A stretch of 64,000 nt of DNA from Sphingobacteriales bacterium (GTDB lineage: Bacteria; Bacteroidota; Bacteroidia; UKL13-3), in contig JAJTFA010000003.1 of NCBI GenBank assembly GCA_021299635.1, positions 145,795-209,794 of the forward strand, written 5' to 3'. The notes beneath the pieces are model-generated. The model saw nothing but the letters and a program-made list of their open reading frames with translations, ran no database searches and was not told where the DNA came from. The position numbers and the translations under genes are program-made. This document shows, one piece after another, positions 35,498-46,511 of this stretch (the first letter of the stretch is position 1; the number at the start of each line of letters is the position of its first letter).

Positions 35498-38200
35498 ATG
35501 AGAAAATTGTTGGTATTTATAATGCTAGCATTATTTGCGTTGCAATTACTTGCGCAAAAAGATATCAGGGAGGAGAGTATTTACTTTTTACTTACCACTC
35601 GTTTTTTTGACGGGGATCCTGCCAATAACCGACCAACCGAATGGTGTTCGCATTTTCCGGGCAACCCCAATAACGGTAATTATGCAGGTGCTGATGATGT
35701 AACTTGGAAGGGTGATTTTAAAGGGTTGATACAGAAGCTGGATTATATAAAAGATATGGGCTTTACCGCTATCTGGATAACACCTATTGTGCAAAACAGG
35801 AGTCCGCTTGATTATCACGGTTATCACGCATGGGATTTTACTAAAGTAGACCCAAGGCTTGAATCGCCCGGTTACACATTTAAAAACCTAATTGATTCTG
35901 CCCATGCAAAAGGTATAAAGATTTTTCTGGATGTGGTATTAAATCATGCAGGGCGATTTGGCATTAAAGGTCGTGCAGAAATGAAATATAATACTGATCC
36001 CAACCAGCCATGGGGTAAAAACCTATTGGGACAACCGCTGCAAGACAACCCAAACTGGCAGTATGATGGTTTGACGCCTAATCCATTGGATGGAAAAATC
36101 TGGAGCCGTTCTAATCTGGCAAAAATGCCTCCGCCATACAACCAAAATTTGGCAGCGTTTAATTGGCCAAGTATGGAAAGTTATATCAATACCAGCGATG
36201 CTGCCTGGTATAATAAGTCGGGCAATGGCTTTGCCCAAGGTTATGATGATACAACCAATCTTTTTTACCGTGCTCTTGCAGGCGATACACCTGATTTACT
36301 AACAGGGGGTGATAGTGTTCGAAATTACTTATTCAATGCCTATAAAACATATATTGATATGGGTATAGACGGTATGCGCCTTGATGCAGTAAAGCACATG
36401 CCAAAAAGAGATGTATTGTATTTTGTTGATCGTTTCAGGCAGGTTAATCCCAATCTGATGGTGTTTGCAGAAGTTGCACAGAAAAGGCACGAGCTGCATC
36501 AGATAGAAGAAATCAATCCGCATTGGTATACATGGCGTGGGCAGCCTAAAAATTCAGCGTCAAGTAATGTAGCTGTATTAGATTTTTTTGCAATGGGCAC
36601 TTTTCATCTGTTTGGCAAAGGCGAAGCGCTTGCCAACGTAAAAGCAGCAGCACGCTATGATGATTTATATGCCGATCCTTCTACAAATGTGATGTTCCTA
36701 GATAATCATGATTTTGGTCCGAACAATGATTGGAATAAGCGTTATGATGGAGATGCGCAGAATCTTGCGGCAGCTCTTAATTTTATGTTTTTTTGGAGGG
36801 GTTTGCCATGCGTGTATTATGGCACGGAAATTCAGTTTAAAAAGGGCGTTTATGCTGATATTCATTCTTCAAATGATATCAATTTTTCTATAGACAAGAC
36901 CGGGCGAGCATACTTTGGTAATGAAATAGCCAATGCTCCCAATCATCAACTATATAAGCATATTAGAAAACTGAATGCCATACGAAAAGCAGTGCCTGCA
37001 CTTCAAAAAGGTTCATGGCGCTGGGATGGCACCAATCATGCAAACGGTGTTGGTTTTGTAAGGAAATTGGGTTTAAGTGAGGTTGCCGTAGGTCTGGCAA
37101 AAGATGCAGCAGTTTCATTTACTTTTTCCGGCTTAACCAATGGCATTTATCGCGATGCAGTTACAGGCAATGCAGTTACTGTTAGCAATGGTAGTCTAAG
37201 TTTCTCAGTGCAACCTTCAAGTGCGGGTGTTTATGTGCTAAACGGTCCAGGAATAATTGGTGCATTGGGCGATGGTTTTTTCCAAAGTAGCAGCACCGGT
37301 GGCGGGGGTAATGCTGCAGTCATTTTCCAGCCCGTTAATCCGGCACAAGGCCAAACGCTCAATATAACTTATACAGGTAGCCTTGCATCACAATCACAGG
37401 TAGTCATGCATTACAGCTGGGATAATTGGACGGTTGGCGGTGTTCAGGATAAAGCAATGATAAAATCAGGCAATACATGGACTACGAGTGTTACAGTTCC
37501 GGCAAATGCTACCAATAATTTTTGTGCTGCTTTTCATAATGGCAATGGTAGTTGGGATAACAACAGCACTCAGGATTATAAAACTCCTTTAGGGAATGGT
37601 CAGTCTGATACGCAGCCCCCTGTAGTTAGTTCTCTCAATCCGTCAAAAGGTGCCATCAACATCAGTTCCACTCAGCCAATCAGTATCGTTTTTTCTGAAA
37701 TAGTTTTTAAGGGTGTCGGCAACGTGCGCATTTATGAAAATAATATACTTAAATACTCCTACCCGATAAGCAACAGCAATCTGGTAGTATCAGGAAATAC
37801 TGTTACCATTTACCATGGCGGCTTTGTTAGCGGAAGTAATATTTATGTGCTAATAGATCCGGGTGTGTTTAAAGATGGGGTCAATAATCCTTTTGATGGG
37901 ATCACCGATCCGGCAGAATGGCTTTTTTCAATAGGTTTAAATAATGCAACAGAGGAGCAACTGTTCAATAATATTGTTCTTTATCCTAATCCTTTCAGTC
38001 ATTCAATTCATATTTTAGATGTGCCCGACTATGCGCAAATAACCCTTTATGATTGTTTAGGAAAAATTGTTTGCACAACTATACACGTAGAAGGCAGTAA
38101 TCGGATAGTGGAAGCACCGCAGCTGATTCAGGGGATTTACATGCTGGAGTTGGTATTGCCCAACAGAAAAGTTTTCAGACGCAAGATTCAAAGGCAATAA
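35498..38200 (+). CDS. Secreted GH13 alpha-amylase with Ig-like/starch-binding-like modules and a T9SS C-terminal sorting domain
   Basis: Signal peptide ...LQLLA|QK. GH13 regions GFTAIWITP, DVVLNHAG, GMRLDAVKHM, FAEVAQ, FLDNHD. C-terminal VLYPNPFSHSIHI...GIYMLELVL sorting domain. Confidence 0.85.
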   Translation: MRKLLVFIMLALFALQLLAQKDIREESIYFLLTTRFFDGDPANNRPTEWCSHFPGNPNNGNYAGADDVTWKGDFKGLIQKLDYIKDMGFTAIWITPIVQNRSPLDYHGYHAWDFTKVDPRLESPGYTFKNLIDSAHAKGIKIFLDVVLNHAGRFGIKGRAEMKYNTDPNQPWGKNLLGQPLQDNPNWQYDGLTPNPLDGKIWSRSNLAKMPPPYNQNLAAFNWPSMESYINTSDAAWYNKSGNGFAQGYDDTTNLFYRALAGDTPDLLTGGDSVRNYLFNAYKTYIDMGIDGMRLDAVKHMPKRDVLYFVDRFRQVNPNLMVFAEVAQKRHELHQIEEINPHWYTWRGQPKNSASSNVAVLDFFAMGTFHLFGKGEALANVKAAARYDDLYADPSTNVMFLDNHDFGPNNDWNKRYDGDAQNLAAALNFMFFWRGLPCVYYGTEIQFKKGVYADIHSSNDINFSIDKTGRAYFGNEIANAPNHQLYKHIRKLNAIRKAVPALQKGSWRWDGTNHANGVGFVRKLGLSEVAVGLAKDAAVSFTFSGLTNGIYRDAVTGNAVTVSNGSLSFSVQPSSAGVYVLNGPGIIGALGDGFFQSSSTGGGGNAAVIFQPVNPAQGQTLNITYTGSLASQSQVVMHYSWDNWTVGGVQDKAMIKSGNTWTTSVTVPANATNNFCAAFHNGNGSWDNNSTQDYKTPLGNGQSDTQPPVVSSLNPSKGAINISSTQPISIVFSEIVFKGVGNVRIYENNILKYSYPISNSNLVVSGNTVTIYHGGFVSGSNIYVLIDPGVFKDGVNNPFDGITDPAEWLFSIGLNNATEEQLFNNIVLYPNPFSHSIHILDVPDYAQITLYDCLGKIVCTTIHVEGSNRIVEAPQLIQGIYMLELVLPNRKVFRRKIQRQ

Positions 38201-38395
38201 TTTTTAATTGCCTTAACTATATAAGCTTATAGATAGTTAATGTATAGGTGCTACAAGTAATATGTTTAACGTTGGGTGAACAATTCCTAATTTGGTAAAT
38301 TTTATCATTAAAAAAATCAATAGATTGCAATGTAATTAGGTTATAATACAATAAGTGTTATTTTTACACTTTATCATCTTATTTATAAATAAATT

Positions 38396-41188
38396 ATGAA
38401 GTTTAAAGTTTTAATAAGTTTACTATTGTTCGCTGGAGTTGAAAAAATGGCTGCCCAACTTGTTACCATTAACCCGCCATTTGCTACAGCTAATGATAAT
38501 GGTGTAGTAATTACATACGATGCATCTCAGGGTAGTGGCGGATTGCTCGGAGAGAATGCCATATATGCGCATACAGGTGTTATCACTTCAGCAAGCACGT
38601 CTGGTTCTGATTGGAGATATGTGATTGCAACATGGACAACCAATTTGCCAAAAGCACTACTCACCCGCATTGGCTCTTCTAATTTATATTCACTCAACAT
38701 CGGGAATATTAGGTCATTTTATGGCATACCTGCGGGAGAAACCGTATTAAGACTTGCCTTTGTGTTTAGAAATACAGATGGTACAAAAACCGGTAAAACA
38801 ACATCCGGTGGCGATATTTTTATTGACATCAATCAGGGGACTTTTCAGGCAAAAATTAATGCACCTCAGAAAGGTGGTTTTTATAATCCGACAGATTCTT
38901 TTACTGTGTCAGCAACTTCTTCTTCCCCGGCTAATTTAGTTCTTTATGCCAATGGTGCGCAGGTTGCTCAGGCTACCAATGCTACTTCCTTAGCCTACAA
39001 AAATACCTTGGCTGCTTTTGGAAATAAGAGGCTTAATCTGGTGCTGGAAGGTAATTCTAATGGCACAAAATCATATGATACCAGTTATATCATGCCCCGC
39101 CTAAATCCGGTAACAGCCTCGGCACCAGCCGGCATAATGGATGGGATAAATTATATCAATGATTCAACAGTAACGCTGCAATTGTTTGCCCCATCCAAAA
39201 GTTTTGTTTATGTGGTTGGCGATTTTAACAACTGGGAGTTTGATACTGACTATTTGATGAGAAAAACGCCTGACCAAAACAGATATTGGTTAACAATAAC
39301 AGGATTAAAAAAAGGTGTGGAGTACGGGTTTCAATATAGTATTGATGACGTGCAGATGAAGGTAGCTGATGTGTATGCAGAGAAATTACTGGACCCTTGG
39401 AATGACCCTTGGATCAGCGCTGAAACATATCCCAATCTAAAGCCATATCCAACAGGTAAAACCACTGAAGTGGTTTCCGTTTTACAAATTGGCCAACCTG
39501 CCTATGATTGGAAAGTGACAAGTTTTAAAAAGCCTACCAATGATCAACTTGTTATTTATGAATTGCTGGTAAGAGATTTTATTGGCAAACATGATTTTAA
39601 GACATTGATTGATACCATAAGTTATTTGAAAAGGGTTGGTGCAAACTGTGTGAAGCTTATGCCAATTATGGAGTTTGAGGGCAATGAAAGTTGGGGTTAT
39701 AACCCTATGTTTTATTTTGCTATTGATAAATACTACGGAACAAAAAATGATTTTAAAGCATTTGTGGATGCTTGTCATGCCAATGGCATTGCCGTGGTAC
39801 TGGATGTGGTACTTAATCATTCCTTCGGCCAGAATCCGCAGGTAAGGATGTACTTTAACCCGGCTGCCGGTCAGTACGGTCAGCCAACTCCACAAAATCC
39901 ATGGTTTAACGAAGTTGATAAGCACCCCTATGGTGTGGGGTATGATTACAACCATGAGGCGCAGACTGTACAACAGTTTACAGACAGGGTTCTGAAATTT
40001 TGGTTAACGGAATATAAAATAGATGGATACCGTTTCGATCTTTCCAAGGGCTTTACTCAAAAAAATACACTTGGAGATGTTGGCGCCTGGGGGGCATACG
40101 ATCAGTCGCGTATTAATATTTGGAATAGAATCAGAGGTGAAATTATCAAATATGCGCCAGATGCCTATTTAATTTTAGAGCACCTAAGTGATAATTCGGA
40201 AGAAACGGTGTTGGCCAATATGGGCTTTATGATGTGGGGTAAATTAACTGAAGCTTATGCTGAGGCTATGATGGGTTATAACAATTCTAAAGCGAATCTA
40301 AGCTGGGGAAATTACAAAATCAGAGGTTGGAATTTTCCAAATCTGGTAACCTATGCCGAGAGCCATGATGAAGAACGCGTAATGTATTTTGCATTGAATT
40401 TTGGAAATGCCAGTGGCTCATACAGCACAAAAAATTTAAGTAATGCACTAAAACGGGTAGCTGCCTACCATGCTTTGTTGCTTCCGTTAAAAGGTCCTAA
40501 AATGTTATGGCAGGGTGGTGAGTTGGGCTATGAAGTTTCTATTAATACAAATGGAAGAACCGGAAATAAACCCTTTAAGTGGGAATACCTCGATATTCCT
40601 GAAAGGGTTGCTACGCTTAATCAGATTGGTTTACTTGCCAGGCTAAAACAACATGTTTCATTTTCATCCGATAATTATGACTATAATGTAGCAGGTACCG
40701 GCAAGATTTTGAAAGTAAATCATGACAGCATGAATACGCTCATTGCAGGAAATTTTGATGTGGTTGCGTTGAATCTCAACCCGGGTTTTCAGCATACAGG
40801 TTGGTGGTATAACTACATTACAGGAGATTCGGTTAACATAGCCAATGTCTCACAAACGGTTTCTTTGCAGCCGGGTGATTATGTGGTTTATACAGATAAG
40901 AGAATGAACCCTAAAGTAACTAATCCGGTTGGCCTGAATCAAATATCAATGAATGGGTTAAGTAGTGTTTTTCCGAATCCGGCCAATAGTAAGCTATATA
41001 TTCAATCCTTGAAGCAACCCATTACAGGTATTACGCTGATTGATTATGCAGGTAAAATTGTTCTTCAGAAGGAAGTGAGTTGCAGCGAAGCAGAATTATC
41101 AATTGATTCATTTGCTGATGGGATTTACTTGTTAAAAGTAATATACGACCAATTAACCGAGACTAAAAAGATTATCATCAAACATTAA
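38396..41188 (+). CDS. Secreted GH13-family glycosidase (CBM48/early-set plus catalytic domain, pullulanase/amylase-like) with a T9SS sorting domain
   Basis: Signal peptide ...KMAA|QL. LQLFAPSKSFVYVVGDFNNWEF (E-set/CBM48-like). GH13 regions DVVLNHS, GYRFDLSKGF, LILEHL, YAESHDEER. C-terminal VFPNPANSKLYIQ...GIYLLKVIY. Confidence 0.8.
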   Translation: MKFKVLISLLLFAGVEKMAAQLVTINPPFATANDNGVVITYDASQGSGGLLGENAIYAHTGVITSASTSGSDWRYVIATWTTNLPKALLTRIGSSNLYSLNIGNIRSFYGIPAGETVLRLAFVFRNTDGTKTGKTTSGGDIFIDINQGTFQAKINAPQKGGFYNPTDSFTVSATSSSPANLVLYANGAQVAQATNATSLAYKNTLAAFGNKRLNLVLEGNSNGTKSYDTSYIMPRLNPVTASAPAGIMDGINYINDSTVTLQLFAPSKSFVYVVGDFNNWEFDTDYLMRKTPDQNRYWLTITGLKKGVEYGFQYSIDDVQMKVADVYAEKLLDPWNDPWISAETYPNLKPYPTGKTTEVVSVLQIGQPAYDWKVTSFKKPTNDQLVIYELLVRDFIGKHDFKTLIDTISYLKRVGANCVKLMPIMEFEGNESWGYNPMFYFAIDKYYGTKNDFKAFVDACHANGIAVVLDVVLNHSFGQNPQVRMYFNPAAGQYGQPTPQNPWFNEVDKHPYGVGYDYNHEAQTVQQFTDRVLKFWLTEYKIDGYRFDLSKGFTQKNTLGDVGAWGAYDQSRINIWNRIRGEIIKYAPDAYLILEHLSDNSEETVLANMGFMMWGKLTEAYAEAMMGYNNSKANLSWGNYKIRGWNFPNLVTYAESHDEERVMYFALNFGNASGSYSTKNLSNALKRVAAYHALLLPLKGPKMLWQGGELGYEVSINTNGRTGNKPFKWEYLDIPERVATLNQIGLLARLKQHVSFSSDNYDYNVAGTGKILKVNHDSMNTLIAGNFDVVALNLNPGFQHTGWWYNYITGDSVNIANVSQTVSLQPGDYVVYTDKRMNPKVTNPVGLNQISMNGLSSVFPNPANSKLYIQSLKQPITGITLIDYAGKIVLQKEVSCSEAELSIDSFADGIYLLKVIYDQLTETKKIIIKH

Positions 41189-41197
41189 GTCAATCCT

Positions 41198-43285
41198 ATG
41201 AAAAAAATTATTTTATCCGTATTGATTTTGACCATTCATGCAATCCCGGTAATTGCCCAAAATATTTTTGTAGGCGAGCCCGTTCAGATAACCGGAACCA
41301 TGAACGGTTTTAGCACGGCATCAACTGCCAATTGCACTTACCGAAGAATATCAACCACAGCGGGCGCACCAGCTGATGGCAGAGGGCAATGGATTAAAAC
41401 ATATAACGCACAGGTAACTGGCGGAGATGTAACGAATATAAATATGCCCGGAGGAGGCAGTGGAGGATTTTTATTTATTTCAGGACCGATTACGAACAGG
41501 TTTCAAAATAAGTGGGTTTTTACATCCGTCATGCAAGCCAGAATAGATTCGGTTAATGAATTAAGTGCATATAATACCGGACAAGATATGGGATTAAATA
41601 TGAGTGCACCCGGAAGATATACTTTTGTTTTTAACGATTGCGGTTATACCAACATTGGTGCAAGATATTATGTAGGCTATACTGCCAATAACCCAGTGCT
41701 TTTGAATAATGTTACACAAAGTGTGCAGGCAAATAATAGCGTAGTATTAAATATCACTACATCAGCTGCACCATCTCCTGGAGAAAGAGTATTTGTTCGT
41801 TACACCTCTGCAGCCGGTTTTGCATCTACAAGTAACACAACTATTTTAGAGGCAACGGCCACTAATTCGCCAACCAATACCAACTGGCAGCTAACCATAC
41901 CTGCACAGCCAATGGGTAGTACCATCAGGTATTATGCGTTCACATCTACATTAACCTTATCAAAATTAAATCAGCTTACTGAGTCCGACAGGACTATATG
42001 CTGTCTGCAGGTAAATGATAACTCAGGAAGTAATTATACTGTAACATTCACACCTAAATATAATATCACATTTTCTGTGAATATGGCTAATAGTAACTGC
42101 TTCGGTATAGACTCAGTAACCATTTCAGGCGCTATTGCACCGCTGACAAACTGGACGGGTGGCATTTTGATGAACAGGGTTGGGACAACAAGTGTGTATA
42201 ATAGAACTTTTTTGATTGATTCTGGAGCAACGCTTCAATACAAGTTTCGCTTTCATAGGAACGGAGCTATTAACTGGGAAGGTACTTTTGCAACGTCATC
42301 GGGTAACCGAGAGTTGTCTCTCATCAAGGATAGTATATTAAGCACATTTTGTTTCGGCACAACGGCAGCATGTGCTGCAGTCCCCGCGCCATCTACCATC
42401 ACTTTTGCCGTTAATTTAACAGGCCAGTCACCCGATCCTCAGGGCAGGATTTATGTAGTTGGTAATTTTACTACCGCTTCATGGATTAGTGGTGCTATAC
42501 GCATGACACCTATTCCTGGTTTAGCGAATCATTTTCAGGCTGTGGTTAATAATGTTTGTCCTGCTACTTTTGAATATCGTTTTGTTAACGGAGATAGTTC
42601 AATAGTTGCTAATCAAGAGAGTTTTCCAAATCCTGCACAACGTACATGTACGGTTAGTAATGGCTTTGGCGGATTTAATCGCGCTTATACCAGGGTTAAT
42701 ACCAATCCGGTGCTTCTAGGTTTTGTATTTAATGCATGTAATACAGCACTCCCTGTAGAGTTTTTAAGTATATCGGCAAATCGCAAGGGCTATGGAGCAA
42801 TTATTCATTGGTCAACTGCTTCCGAAACCAATAATAGAGGCTTCTTTGTTCAGAAGTCAATCAACGGTGTTGATTTCGAAGACATAGGATTTGTTGAAGG
42901 TTCGGGTGAAAGTAAGACTCAAAGAAACTACTCTTTCTATGATAAGGATGCCAATCAGATTGGTTATTACAGAATTAAGCAGGTAGATTTTAATGAAACC
43001 TACGCTTATTCAAAGATTGTAACATTAGAAGCGCTTACTTCGGATTTAAATTTAGGTGTATACCCAATTCCTTTTAAGGACAATGTGACAATTCACTTCA
43101 GTGAGGAGATTGATGGTGATATTTCATGGAGTCTGTATAATACCAGTGGTATGCTGCTGCAGGAAGGTGAGCAGACAAAAACAAATTCATTTGAGTTGAG
43201 CGGCCTGGATAACTATCAGGCGGGAGTCTACTATCTGAAAGTAACGTGCAACAATATTGCTAAAACAGTTAAGTTAATTAAATAA
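41198..43285 (+). CDS. Secreted protein with two starch-binding-like (CBM20-type) modules and a T9SS-type C-terminal domain
   Basis: Signal peptide ...IPVIA|QN. ITFSVNM...ISGAIAPLTNWTG...LQYKFRF and ITFAVNL...VVGNFTTASW...FEYRFVNGD resemble CBM20-like modules. C-terminal LGVYPIPFKDNVTIHF...GVYYLKVTCNNIAKTVKLIK. No catalytic motif recognised. Confidence 0.6.
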   Translation: MKKIILSVLILTIHAIPVIAQNIFVGEPVQITGTMNGFSTASTANCTYRRISTTAGAPADGRGQWIKTYNAQVTGGDVTNINMPGGGSGGFLFISGPITNRFQNKWVFTSVMQARIDSVNELSAYNTGQDMGLNMSAPGRYTFVFNDCGYTNIGARYYVGYTANNPVLLNNVTQSVQANNSVVLNITTSAAPSPGERVFVRYTSAAGFASTSNTTILEATATNSPTNTNWQLTIPAQPMGSTIRYYAFTSTLTLSKLNQLTESDRTICCLQVNDNSGSNYTVTFTPKYNITFSVNMANSNCFGIDSVTISGAIAPLTNWTGGILMNRVGTTSVYNRTFLIDSGATLQYKFRFHRNGAINWEGTFATSSGNRELSLIKDSILSTFCFGTTAACAAVPAPSTITFAVNLTGQSPDPQGRIYVVGNFTTASWISGAIRMTPIPGLANHFQAVVNNVCPATFEYRFVNGDSSIVANQESFPNPAQRTCTVSNGFGGFNRAYTRVNTNPVLLGFVFNACNTALPVEFLSISANRKGYGAIIHWSTASETNNRGFFVQKSINGVDFEDIGFVEGSGESKTQRNYSFYDKDANQIGYYRIKQVDFNETYAYSKIVTLEALTSDLNLGVYPIPFKDNVTIHFSEEIDGDISWSLYNTSGMLLQEGEQTKTNSFELSGLDNYQAGVYYLKVTCNNIAKTVKLIK

Positions 43286-43438
43286 GAATTTATAAGTTTT
43301 AATATTTAACGAACAACACCTGGCTGATTCAGTCAGCTGTTGATTGTTTGAAGGTAGAGTGAATTTAAATCTATGAAAAATAAGCGTAATTTTATTTTTT
43401 AATTTGTAAAGGTATTCACTGGGATAAGCTTCATCCTC

Positions 43439-44524
43439 TTAAAACTTGTATACAAAATCAAGATAAGGAAGTGTTACATTTCTGGTATCAGGATCAGGAG
43501 CAATGTTAACTACTGCAAAATCAATGCTGATGGCATTACTTGGCATAAAGCGTAAGCCAAGGGATAAAGCAGTTGAGTAAAAATTCTTTTTTTCGTATAC
43601 GGTTTCCATCCATTCACTCCCAGTTTCACTTTTTTTCAATACCTCTTTATCATAGCCTGCTCGAGGTATCATCCAATTTTCTGTGACCAAAGAAATTTTC
43701 TTTGATACCCTTGTCATGCCATTTACAGTAGCAATGGGCCCTGGTGTAGCACTGTATTTGTTATCAAAGCTGGCAAAGCCATAACCTGCGCCAAGGGTAA
43801 TATTGTGCTCGGAAGAGCCATAGGTAGTGAGGCCATAGGCAACCCCTGCACTTAGTCCCATTTCACTCAGAAAGGATTGGGTAAATAATATTCCTGCACC
43901 GGCATAAAAGCGTTCGGTTAGTTTAAGTGATACTTTCGGAGTGATATAAAACAGAAAAGGGATTACAACACCTCCTCCAACAGTGAGGTTATTGGTTATA
44001 CCCACGTTAACCGAGTTACCTATGATATAGGCATTTTGAAAATAGCCTTCTTTCTTTTTTAAAGGAATAGCGCTGGGTGCAAAAAAGTAGCGGGTTGCAT
44101 TGGGGTTGGCAAACCAGATACTACCTTTTCTGCTTGCAAATAATGAGTAAGATGTAATTTTACTTATCATATTTGCCTGGAAGGAAATGATACCAGCAGA
44201 GCCTGTGTTAAGAATTACAAGACCACCGTTTAAACCAATCATTTCCCCTATATAGGTTTTCCCATTGGCAGCCTCGATCACTATTTTGCCCTCAAGTTGC
44301 TTAATATCTATTTCTTTCACTTCTTTCACAGCAATCGAAATCCTGCCTAAATTGAAATCATAAAGAGCAACAGAGTCTGATTTCTGGTAATCAAGCATAC
44401 CAAAAATTGCAGAGCCATCTTTGAGTAATAAAGTGGCTATGGAAAATCTTGCAGTATCGGCAGATTGTGCCTTAGCTGCACAGGTTAAAATAATGAGTGA
44501 AAATAAAGTAAACAACAGACGCAT
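43439..44524 (-). CDS. Hypothetical secreted/outer-membrane protein
   Basis: 361 aa, signal peptide ...CAAKA|QS, Gly/aromatic-rich C-terminal half ending ...DFVYKF. No family recognised. Confidence 0.5.
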   Translation of the reverse strand: MRLLFTLFSLIILTCAAKAQSADTARFSIATLLLKDGSAIFGMLDYQKSDSVALYDFNLGRISIAVKEVKEIDIKQLEGKIVIEAANGKTYIGEMIGLNGGLVILNTGSAGIISFQANMISKITSYSLFASRKGSIWFANPNATRYFFAPSAIPLKKKEGYFQNAYIIGNSVNVGITNNLTVGGGVVIPFLFYITPKVSLKLTERFYAGAGILFTQSFLSEMGLSAGVAYGLTTYGSSEHNITLGAGYGFASFDNKYSATPGPIATVNGMTRVSKKISLVTENWMIPRAGYDKEVLKKSETGSEWMETVYEKKNFYSTALSLGLRFMPSNAISIDFAVVNIAPDPDTRNVTLPYLDFVYKF

Positions 44525-44703
44525 ATATTTTTATTAATAAATTATACTGATAAAACCAATATAGGTTTAATTTATCAAAAGTATGCACACCTTATGTTCA
44601 ATTTCATGATTTGCATCAGCAAATTAATCCTACGATACTTATGAAAAATATCCATCCATAAGGCCCTGCAAACAGCTTATTGATTTATTATTTTTGATAA
44701 ATA

Positions 44704-45915
44704 ATGAAGGAAGAGCTCTTACATTTTATATGGCAAAGCAAGTTACTTACAGGCAGTAAACTGTATACTACCGATGGTGAGCCCATTCATATTATTAAAT
44801 ATGGATTATATAACAAGGATGCAGGACCTGATTTCATGAATGTTCGAATCAAAATCGGTAAGACGGAATGGGCGGGTAATATGGAGATGCACATAAATTC
44901 ATCTGAATGGATGCAACACCGGCATCAATTAGACAGGGCTTATGGTAACGTTATTTTACATGTTGTATATCATCACGACAAACCTGTAGCAAACATACAC
45001 GGACAGGAAATACCAACTTTAGAACTAAAAAATCTACTTCCTCCTTCATTGCTTATAAAATACGCCTATATACTCAGGAACAAACATACCATTGCCTGTG
45101 AGCCTATATTTAAACTTCCGGAACAGGATAAAGTTCATTTATGGCTGGAGCGTTTGCTGATAGAGCGTTTGGAGAGAAAATGCAATAATCTGAATGATTT
45201 ATTAATTAGAACAAACCACAATTGGGAGCATAGCTTTTATCTTTTTACTGCACGATATTTTGGGATGAAAACCAATGCCCAACCTTTTGAATGGCTTGCT
45301 GAGCGCATTCCGCTCATTACCCTTGCAAAACATAAGAACAATACCACCCAAATATTAGCACTGCTTATGGGAACCGCAGGCCTGTTAAATGCGAAAGAAC
45401 AGCCCGAATTATATAATGAATTTCTATTCCTGCAAAAGAAATATGCTATCGAGGCTTTACCTAAGCATATTTGGAAGTTTTCACAAACTCGGCCTTCTAA
45501 TTTTCCTACTGTACGTATAAAGCAGTTTGCTGCACTCATAAATCAGTCATCACATCTTTTTTCAAAGGTGTTGCAAGCAAAATCAATAACTGAGCTGCAA
45601 GCATTGTATGCATTGACCGGTGAAGCTATGCTAAGCAATCAGGCTATTCAGCTTATACTCATTAATGCAAGTGTACCTGCGCTTTTCCTTTATGGAAAAA
45701 AAATGAATCAGCCTGAACTAGGAGAAAGGGCATTGCTATTTATTGAGCAACTTAAAGCAGAGCCAAACAGCAATACAAAATTTTGGGCACTAAAGGGCAT
45801 TAAGGCACAAAATGCAGCACAAAGTCAGGCTTTATTGCAACTTAAACAGTATTATTGTGATGAATTAGCTTGCCTACGTTGTAATTTCGGTCAATATATT
45901 TTACTCCATGAATAG
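44704..45915 (+). CDS. DUF2851-family protein
   Basis: 403 aa. The N-terminal EELLHFIWQ...GPDF...A.I.I...W.GNVE(M)H pattern and C-terminal Cys pair (CDELACLRC) match my memory of DUF2851. Confidence 0.65.
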   Translation: MKEELLHFIWQSKLLTGSKLYTTDGEPIHIIKYGLYNKDAGPDFMNVRIKIGKTEWAGNMEMHINSSEWMQHRHQLDRAYGNVILHVVYHHDKPVANIHGQEIPTLELKNLLPPSLLIKYAYILRNKHTIACEPIFKLPEQDKVHLWLERLLIERLERKCNNLNDLLIRTNHNWEHSFYLFTARYFGMKTNAQPFEWLAERIPLITLAKHKNNTTQILALLMGTAGLLNAKEQPELYNEFLFLQKKYAIEALPKHIWKFSQTRPSNFPTVRIKQFAALINQSSHLFSKVLQAKSITELQALYALTGEAMLSNQAIQLILINASVPALFLYGKKMNQPELGERALLFIEQLKAEPNSNTKFWALKGIKAQNAAQSQALLQLKQYYCDELACLRCNFGQYILLHE

Positions 45916-46474
45916 AATTATTTTATCTGTATTGTTTCTTTTGCCTCTGTTGGGTCTGAGTCAGCCAGCCCTTTATTTTTATAATGCCCAAACCAATGAA
46001 TTGATAACGGCTAAGGCGGGGCAGCAGTTAGTGGTACTATACAAAGGCTATAATGGACAGACAGAGTTTTATAAAGAAATTATAACAGAAATTACTGATA
46101 GCACCGTTACGCTTGGGCATGATTTTACCAAAACAAATAACTTCGTTTCTATCAGTCAGCGTAAAAAGGCGCATAAAAAGGGTCCTGCCTGTAAAGTAAT
46201 TGCTATTCAGGATATCATGGCATTTAGGCGCATAAGCCCGACCAGAATTTTATCCAAAGCAGGATTGCAGATAGGATCAGTTGTTGGATTGCTTTTTCTG
46301 GTTGAAGATATTTATGAATCGCCAGATATCAGTTCTTCCAATGCGTTCTTTCTTTCCTTTGGTTTAGGAATTGCTTCCAGAACGATAATTAATATCATTT
46401 TCCCTGAAGATGTAAAATATTATATGAGTGAAGGGTGGAAGGCAACTAATGTTTATCCGCGATTGGCTAAGTAG
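45908..46474 (+). CDS. Hypothetical membrane-associated protein
   Basis: 188 aa, signal peptide ...LLGLS|QP, hydrophobic C-terminal segments. It overlaps the upstream stop by 8 nt, suggesting an operon. Confidence 0.45.
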   Translation: MNRIILSVLFLLPLLGLSQPALYFYNAQTNELITAKAGQQLVVLYKGYNGQTEFYKEIITEITDSTVTLGHDFTKTNNFVSISQRKKAHKKGPACKVIAIQDIMAFRRISPTRILSKAGLQIGSVVGLLFLVEDIYESPDISSSNAFFLSFGLGIASRTIINIIFPEDVKYYMSEGWKATNVYPRLAK

Positions 46475-46511
46475 TTTTTTTAGTGCTTTAATAAAATAAC
46501 TTACATTTGTT

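Noticed and set aside
35498-43285. Amylase cluster as a tRNA-Phe-integrated genomic island
   Set aside because: There is no integrase, no recombination-directionality gene and no distal copy of the tRNA 3'-end repeat after 43285. The idea remains only as a comparative-genomics check under the tRNA repeat finding.
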